Part shown: piece after piece, positions 7,932 to 14,010 of the stretch | Position numbering within the stretch: the first letter of the stretch is position 1 | How the letters are laid out: each line of letters starts with the position of its first letter | Source: an uncultured Nitrososphaerota archaeon | GTDB taxonomy: Archaea > Korarchaeota > Korarchaeia > Korarchaeales > Korarchaeaceae | NCBI GenBank assembly: GCA_964618805.1 | Contig: CAZUBM010000037.1 | Span: 1-14,010 of the forward strand | Length of the DNA stretch: 14,010 bases | Direction: 5' to 3' | Position numbers and translations under genes: made by a program | The notes under the pieces: generated by a model | What the model saw: the letters and a program-made list of their open reading frames with translations, nothing else | What the model was told of the DNA's origin: nothing | Database searches by the model: none

Positions 7932-8993
7932 ATGGAAATCGTTGAGATAGAGGAAATGACTTCAAAAATAATTTCTTCGCTGAATAGGGCCATAATAGGA
8001 TATGAAAAGGAGCTTAAACTTATCCTAGTTGCTTTACTATCGAATGGACATGTCTTACTCGAAGGCGTTCCTGGAATAGCTAAGACAACAGCAGTAAAAG
8101 GATTAGCTAGATTGATAGGCCTTGATGCGATTAAAAAGAAGGAGATAAATGGTGTTCCATTCAATGGCTTAAGTAGAGTTCAGTGCACTCCAGATCTTAT
8201 GCCCTCAGACATAACAGGGAGTCTGATCTATAATCCAAGGGACCTGAAATTTGAACCAAGATTTGGGCCAATCTTCAGCTATATACTGCTCACAGACGAG
8301 ATAAATAGAGCCATACCGAGAACTCAATCTGCTCTTTTACAAGCGATGCAGGAGAGGGAAGTAACGATAGGAGATAAGACATATAGCCTGGAGTTCAGGG
8401 ATAAAGGGAAGTTCTTTTTCGTGCTTGCTACACAGAACCCTGTAGAATATGAGGGAACCTATCCTCTTCCTGAGGCACAGCTTGATAGGTTTCTAATGAG
8501 AATCGTTATGGAATATCCCGAAACTCTGGAAGAAGAAAAACAGGTACTTAGACTCCACATGGCAAGGCTAAGAGAGCCTATAGAGGAGTTAGATAAAGTA
8601 GTAGAGCCAGAATGGATCGTAAAAGCACAGGAATCTATAGCCATGAACGTAAGAGTCCCAGAATCCACTTTAGAATACATCACTCGAGGAATTAGGTATA
8701 CCAGACCCGAAATGTTTGAGCCAATGAGGGAGTCCCTGCTTTTAGGTGCAAGTCCGAGGGCTGGAATTTATCTGATGAGGGCTGCAAAGGTTCATGCTGC
8801 TATGAGAGGGAGCGAAGAAGCCCTTCCAGAGGACGTTGATGCTGTAGCATCTGCTGTCTTGAACCATAGGTTAATACCAAATCCTGAGAAGCTAGTTGAA
8901 CTCAGGATGAGCGGAGTAACCTTTACTTCATCTTACAAGATAGCAAAGGAAGCAATAGATCTTGCTCTAAGCACTGCAAGAAGAGAATTGTGA
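7932..8993 (+). CDS. moxR: MoxR family AAA+ ATPase (MoxR-proper type)
   Basis: GHVLLEGVPGIAKT (Walker A), RVQCTPDLMPSDITG, LTDEINRA (Walker B), QSALLQAMQE, VLATQNPVEYEGTYPLPEAQLDRF, GASPRA and VLNHRL. Confidence 0.96.
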   Translation: MEIVEIEEMTSKIISSLNRAIIGYEKELKLILVALLSNGHVLLEGVPGIAKTTAVKGLARLIGLDAIKKKEINGVPFNGLSRVQCTPDLMPSDITGSLIYNPRDLKFEPRFGPIFSYILLTDEINRAIPRTQSALLQAMQEREVTIGDKTYSLEFRDKGKFFFVLATQNPVEYEGTYPLPEAQLDRFLMRIVMEYPETLEEEKQVLRLHMARLREPIEELDKVVEPEWIVKAQESIAMNVRVPESTLEYITRGIRYTRPEMFEPMRESLLLGASPRAGIYLMRAAKVHAAMRGSEEALPEDVDAVASAVLNHRLIPNPEKLVELRMSGVTFTSSYKIAKEAIDLALSTARREL

Positions 8994-9063
8994 TAATTCA
9001 AATTTACTATATCGTTTGAGACTTGAAAACAAGACAGGGCTAGAACACTTTAAACTGAAAATC

Positions 9064-9441
9064 TCAGTGGATTATTAGGCTAGCAGTTATAACAATCGTT
9101 ACAAACAACGTTAGCAAGGTATACTTATAGTTCTTAGCCAGGGAGAAGTAAACTACTGAGAGAACCGCTCTTAAGTAAGGGGTGAACATGAGGACAGCCA
9201 ATCCCAGAGACATTAGGTTGAAGTAATTTGGCCCTTTTACTGCAGAACTAATCGTATTTAGGGAATAAATGAAGAAATTCTCCTCTTTAACGACCAAACT
9301 TCGGTCTAAATCTATGTAGATGTTATTGCTACTAGATATGTACAGAATAAGTCCCAATACTTCCAAAGAAAGTGCCATTATGACGCAGATAAGGAGCGTA
9401 TATCCTATTATCAATTCAAGGACCACAGGTTCACGAGACAA
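9064..9441 (-). CDS. DUF1634-like small membrane protein (TauE partner)
   Basis: Three TM segments with the motif 'LGLAVLMFTPYLRAVLSVVYF...NYKY'. Overlaps the TauE stop by 11 nt. SD GGGGTGA precedes the TTG. Confidence 0.8.
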   Translation of the reverse strand: MSREPVVLELIIGYTLLICVIMALSLEVLGLILYISSSNNIYIDLDRSLVVKEENFFIYSLNTISSAVKGPNYFNLMSLGLAVLMFTPYLRAVLSVVYFSLAKNYKYTLLTLFVTIVITASLIIH

Positions 9442-10267
9442 TTGCCATCACCCCTTTGTAGATCATCTGGACTATGAGATAGATCAGCACTACGATAAAG
9501 AGCAGTCGAACAGTTTTATTCGACAATTTATTTAGGATACGCGTCCCTAAAAGGGATCCAATCGTTGTACCTATAGCCATAGGAGCAGCGAGCAACAGAT
9601 TGATAAAACCTGAAGCTATAAACACGCTTGATCCAGCAAGGGCTGTCATGCCTATTATGAAGTTGCTGGTGGAACTCGATACCTTGGATGGCATCTTAAG
9701 GATTAATTCATGTATAGCTACCTTAAATGCCCCAGCTCCAATCCCAAGCATTCCCGCAGCTAAACCGGCAATAACCATTCCTAGACCTCCCCACAATGCG
9801 TTGGTTATCTTGTAACGGACTTCTCTGCTAATAGCTTCGTCATAATAGGATCCCTCTAATTCGAGCCATCTAGAAAGTGTATCTTGAACGGTGTTTTCGT
9901 GAACCTCCTCTGTTATCTCACGCCTAATTCCATAGAAGGACGACATAAGGAAAGCCGCAAAGAAAAAGTAGAGATACTTGCTAGGTGCGAGGAGCGAAAT
10001 ATATGCTCCAATTATGGCTCCAGAAACTGTGAATATTTCTAAGTACATTGATGCCTTTATGTTTGTGAGTCTCTCTCTAACATAGGCCGAAGCCGATCCA
10101 CTCGAGGTTGCTATAATTGTGATCATGCTGTTCGCTATTGCATATTTTACCGGGATTCCTATTGCTACAAGAAACGGGATCATAATCGATCCCCCACCAA
10201 GTCCTGTTATAGCACCAAGGAAGCCTGCGAAGGCCGAAGCTAAAAGTACTGTGATTATATTTGCCAT
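9431..10267 (-). CDS. Sulfite exporter TauE/SafE family permease
   Basis: Internal repeats GAITGLGGGSIMIP and AGMLGIGAGAFKV, IATSSGSASAY, multiple TMs. ATG at 10267 is preferred over TTG at 10285 because TTTAAA lies ~25 nt upstream. Confidence 0.93.
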   Translation of the reverse strand: MANIITVLLASAFAGFLGAITGLGGGSIMIPFLVAIGIPVKYAIANSMITIIATSSGSASAYVRERLTNIKASMYLEIFTVSGAIIGAYISLLAPSKYLYFFFAAFLMSSFYGIRREITEEVHENTVQDTLSRWLELEGSYYDEAISREVRYKITNALWGGLGMVIAGLAAGMLGIGAGAFKVAIHELILKMPSKVSSSTSNFIIGMTALAGSSVFIASGFINLLLAAPMAIGTTIGSLLGTRILNKLSNKTVRLLFIVVLIYLIVQMIYKGVMAIVS

Positions 10268-10291
10268 ATGACAGCAGAACTCCAAGGTTTC

Positions 10292-10297
10292 TTTAAA
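10292..10297 (-). promoter_or_regulatory. Putative TATA box for the leaderless TauE-DUF1634 transcript
   Basis: TTTAAA ~25 nt upstream of the ATG at 10267. Confidence 0.5.
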
Positions 10298-10327
10298 TTA
10301 TTGCCTTGAACAGAGCCGTTGGAATTG

Positions 10328-10379
10328 AGCTATTGGATCTTTGTTGAATCGTAGAGACTACGCTTGATCCAACATAGCT
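10328..10379. other. Nested inverted repeat (long hairpin) between the divergent TauE genes
   Basis: AGCTA-TTGGATC (10328-10339) pairs with GATCCAA-ca-TAGCT (10366-10379). Inner stem CGTAG-aga-CTACG (10350-10362). Confidence 0.55.
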
Positions 10380-10469
10380 AGCTGATCCTGTTTTGTTTCA
10401 CTTTTAAGAAATCAGAAGCTTTCATCAAGATAATATAATACTTGTGAGTGCTTCTTGAGGTGCACGCGG

Positions 10470-11300
10470 GTGATACTAGAACAGTTTCTAGTGTTCGTAG
10501 TTGCCATATTCATAGGCATAATCTCATCTATGGTAGGAATAGGCGGAGGAGCCTTAATGGTTCCCATAATGGTTCTTCTTCTGGGAATAGAGCCTCATCA
10601 AGCTGTAGGAACAAGCCTTCATGTAATCATCCTGACGGCAACGTCTTCGACGATAGCATATTACATGCAGAGAAGGATTGATTTCAAGACCGGATTGTTA
10701 ATGCCCCTGATGACAATACCAGGATCGGTTCTTGGGGCATATACTACCAAATTCATCTCACCAAAGGGGCTTGTTGGAGTTTTCGGTGCTTTCTTAATGT
10801 TTATTGCTTTGAAAATGATCAGTTCCAGAGAAAAAGCGAGTAAGGGCGTCGAAAGAAATAGATATGAGACAAAAAATGAGGAAGAGGAATCCATAAGGAT
10901 ACTGACGGACAGGGATGGAAACGTCTTCAAGTATAAGCCAAGGCTAAAACTTGGCCTATTGCTTGGCTTAGTTGCTGGTTTTGCATCAGGGTTTTTAGGA
11001 ATAGGTGGAGGAGCGCTTGTCGTTCCTATCCTAAATTTGGTTGTTGGGATTCCTATTCACATAGCAGTTGCAACTTCCATGTTCATAATGATATTCTCAT
11101 CAACCTTCGGGGCAACAACCCATCTTTTAATGGGGAACGTAATTCCGGAGTATGTAGTTTTACTTGGGATAGGTGTCATATTGGGAGCTCAGACAGGTGC
11201 AAGGATTGCTAAGAAACTGAAGGCATCTAAACTTAGAATGGCCTTTGCATTAGTTCTAATGTTTATAGGGCTAAGAATGCTGCTAAAGGCCTTAGGCTAA
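10470..11300 (+). CDS. Sulfite exporter TauE/SafE family permease (second paralogue)
   Basis: SSMVGIGGGALMVP and SGFLGIGGGALVVP repeats, AVGTSL, AVATSMF, GAQTGARIA. GTG at 10470 is preceded by SD GAGGTG (10457-10462). Confidence 0.95.
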   Translation: MILEQFLVFVVAIFIGIISSMVGIGGGALMVPIMVLLLGIEPHQAVGTSLHVIILTATSSTIAYYMQRRIDFKTGLLMPLMTIPGSVLGAYTTKFISPKGLVGVFGAFLMFIALKMISSREKASKGVERNRYETKNEEEESIRILTDRDGNVFKYKPRLKLGLLLGLVAGFASGFLGIGGGALVVPILNLVVGIPIHIAVATSMFIMIFSSTFGATTHLLMGNVIPEYVVLLGIGVILGAQTGARIAKKLKASKLRMAFALVLMFIGLRMLLKALG

Positions 11301-11387
11301 TTCTTCTTGACGAATTGCTATATCCCGTGCAAATGAGCCCAAAATTAACATATTTAAGCTACGTACTAATTACTGGGCCCCAATCAA

Positions 11388-11636
11388 TTGCTTCGCAAAA
11401 GATTTTTTATCCTATTACTTAAAGGCCTTGAAATCAACCCTAGTTATACTATTCCTCCAATCAGGATCGAAAACGGTTCAGATATGAACGGCAAAACAAT
11501 CAAAGAGCTAGAAGAGCAGGGAATTTTCGTACAAAGCATACTAGATGAGGGAAGATGCATCATACCTCCTAGAGATCGCATTATAAAACAGAATGATGTG
11601 GTCTTGCTACAGTTTTTAAGCTCAAAACCATTTTAA
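11388..11636 (+). CDS. Stand-alone TrkA-C (RCK_C) domain protein; start uncertain, possibly a fragment
   Basis: 'IRIENGSDMNGKTIKELEEQGIFVQSILDEGRCIIPPRDRIIKQNDVVLL' follows the RCK_C pattern (S...GKTIKEL...I..I......P..D..I...D.V). The stop shares TTAA with the convergent gene. Confidence 0.7.
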   Translation: MLRKRFFILLLKGLEINPSYTIPPIRIENGSDMNGKTIKELEEQGIFVQSILDEGRCIIPPRDRIIKQNDVVLLQFLSSKPF

Positions 11637-12451
11637 CCCACAGGAACAGGCGGGGGAGGAGGTCTAAACTCGAAGGGATCCACAAAATATTTCGGAACCC
11701 AAGGAATGAGGGATGAATAGATGTTCATCCATCCTGTTATGGTTGAAAGGATGAATGTAGCTATAATGGCCTTATTTACTTCTAATCCATAAATTATCCT
11801 AAAAATCTTATAGAATAAATAGGTCTCCCAAGCAAGAAAAATCGAAGTAATTACCAGTACGTCCCACGGCCTAAATTCATAGATATTATAGAGTTCTTGG
11901 GTTACCTTAACTCCAAGAGAAGCTAAATACCTAGATGACTTTGCTCCTGAGAGATCAAAGTTTACTATAACCTCTGGAGGAAGTCTGAAGAGATGTGTGG
12001 CGTACATAGCTATGACTCTAAAACATTCAGGGACAAGTGTCGCTGAAAAAGCCGTAATTGCCGAGGATAAGTAAGCTTCTCCCTTCAATCTTTCTCCTAC
12101 TACCTTCATAACAAAGATTCTGCACAATATCATGGCAATTAGAAATCCAGGAACAACAAGAAGGGATTTTATTACGGCTAAGTTAAATGCTCTATCCTCA
12201 ACAATCCAAATATCAGCAGAAGTAACCCATTGAGGGACATTTAAGTAATTATATCTAATTCTAGCAGAAACAAGATAATTTCCAATTATTATCAAGGATG
12301 ACTGAAGGAGCCACAGCAGAAAGAAAACTTCTAGTTTAGAGGCCCTTGAAATCCTTGAAAACATCTTCTCTGAACCTAGACTTGCTTTAAAGAACTCTCT
12401 AAACGAGTATAGGGCCTCTTTACCAAGTATAGGTCTTTCAGAGTCCTTCAT
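11633..12451 (-). CDS. Polytopic membrane protein, Yip1-like (about 5 TM)
   Basis: 272 aa ORF with an N-terminal amphipathic 'FREFFK...MFSRI' stretch, five hydrophobic segments, a Yip1-like 'W..YL....FR..YGL...KAII' C-terminal pattern and a polyproline tail. The family call is by resemblance only. Confidence 0.7.
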   Translation of the reverse strand: MKDSERPILGKEALYSFREFFKASLGSEKMFSRISRASKLEVFFLLWLLQSSLIIIGNYLVSARIRYNYLNVPQWVTSADIWIVEDRAFNLAVIKSLLVVPGFLIAMILCRIFVMKVVGERLKGEAYLSSAITAFSATLVPECFRVIAMYATHLFRLPPEVIVNFDLSGAKSSRYLASLGVKVTQELYNIYEFRPWDVLVITSIFLAWETYLFYKIFRIIYGLEVNKAIIATFILSTITGWMNIYSSLIPWVPKYFVDPFEFRPPPPPVPVG

Positions 12452-12783
12452 ATTCTTTCATTACTGTAAAAACATTTGACTTTTTAACAATAATGTCAGA
12501 GGTAGCTAAGGCTCTATTGAGGATAGGAAGGAGGTTAGGCTTCCTACATTAAGTTTAGATAATCTCAATAACCATTTTAGAAGGATTAAAAACATATAAC
12601 CTGCTGCTCACAGCATGTTGAGTCTTTCTAACCTCTATCTTTGAATAATTCTTTCTGATGCCTTGGGCTCTCATGCATGCTCTTTGATCTGGCTTAAATT
12701 CCACCGTATATTTCGGAAGTGATGGAAATTCCCAGAAGAATTGGAAAATTCAAACTTTTTAGAAAGAAAGAGAGTAGTAGTTA

Positions 12784-13047
12784 ATGAGAGCGTTAAAAAT
12801 CCTTTTAGTAATGTTCTTATTAGTGAGCATATGCATGCCTCCTCTATTAATAGCTTTAGCAGATGAGCATCCCGGTCCTCAAGGTCCTTCACGTCAAAAA
12901 CCTAAGATTCCTTTTGAAGAAGAAGTACGTAGAGCCCGTCGCAGCGCACGCCGATGGAAGAGAGCTGTGACTGCTTTTCTCACAATAACCGGTAATCCTA
13001 AGAATTGGGTTGGTGCCAAAAGTGGGGAAGAGGAATCACTTTTCTAG
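12784..13047 (+). CDS. Small putatively secreted protein (signal peptide plus ~61 aa mature peptide)
   Basis: MRALK n-region, hydrophobic ILLVMFLLVSICM, and an A-L-A cleavage motif at residues 24-26. The mature part contains the Arg-rich stretch RRARRSARRWKR. Confidence 0.6.
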   Translation: MRALKILLVMFLLVSICMPPLLIALADEHPGPQGPSRQKPKIPFEEEVRRARRSARRWKRAVTAFLTITGNPKNWVGAKSGEEESLF

Positions 13048-13053
13048 GAAATA

Positions 13054-13126
13054 CTTATGAGCCAGTTCCAAATGGAGCTGTAAGCGACCGACGCCAGAGA
13101 TGGCGTAATACATAAGGGTCTTCATA
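13054..13126 (+). ncRNA. Candidate structured RNA element (three-way junction with possible pseudoknot); family not recognised
   Basis: P1 CTTATG/CATAAG, P2 CAGTTCC(A)/(T)GGAGCTG, P3 ACGCCA-GAGA-TGGCGT (GNRA loop), and junction GACC complementary to the 3' GGTC. The GNRA loop and a G-U pair favour the plus strand. Confidence 0.35.
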
Positions 13127-13198
13127 GCAACTGATAGTCTTGAAAACGCTAACATTTTCAATTTAGCCAGTTAAAAGAAAAGATGTAAGATCTAGTCA

Positions 13199-14010
<812 letters not shown>

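Noticed and set aside
7889-10930. ORFs 7889..8164, 8459..8683, 9320..9535, 9600..9815, 10448..10681 and 10661..10930
   Set aside because: They overlap moxR, DUF1634 or TauE genes antisense or out of frame and have no motifs.
12493-12552. Short plus-strand ORF MSEVAKALLRIGRRLGFLH*
   Set aside because: 19 codons with no SD or recognisable homology; cannot be distinguished from chance.
12671-12892. Minus-strand 73 aa ORF
   Set aside because: It overlaps the signal-peptide ORF head-to-head and has no recognisable features.
13045-13083. Pyrrolysine or other readthrough of the peptide ORF's TAG aided by the downstream structure
   Set aside because: Readthrough would add only 12 codons before TAA, and there are no pyl genes in the window.
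13054-13095. Hammerhead ribozyme or C/D-box sRNA (CTTATGA resembles CTGATGA)
   Set aside because: The core G is mismatched, there is no GAAA after stem II, and no properly spaced C/D' and C'/D boxes.

Overview
Archaeal, probably TACK-lineage, chromosomal window. The lineage is inferred from GGTGA/GAGGTG ribosome-binding sites, TATA-like boxes ~25 nt before leaderless starts, and a Cdc48 gene. From left to right: (1) a three-gene ABC-2-type exporter operon; (2) a translationally coupled minus-strand operon encoding DUF58, a membrane-anchored helical protein and two membrane-anchored VWA proteins; (3) a tandem PRC-barrel gene; (4) an SDR oxidoreductase pseudogene that has lost its catalytic segment; (5) a MoxR AAA+ ATPase, detached from and divergent to the DUF58/VWA operon; (6) two divergent TauE/SafE permeases, one with a DUF1634-like partner, and a stand-alone TrkA-C domain ORF; (7) an AT-richer segment with a Yip1-like membrane protein divergent from a small secreted cationic peptide ORF, followed by a compact candidate structured RNA; (8) the 3' part of cdc48. 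Best leads: the split archaeal MoxR-DUF58-dual-VWA (Bat-like) module, the peptide/Yip1-like pair, and the three-way-junction RNA candidate at 13054-13126. No CRISPR array, tRNA, rRNA or transposase was seen. All family assignments come from motif recognition by eye, not database searches.
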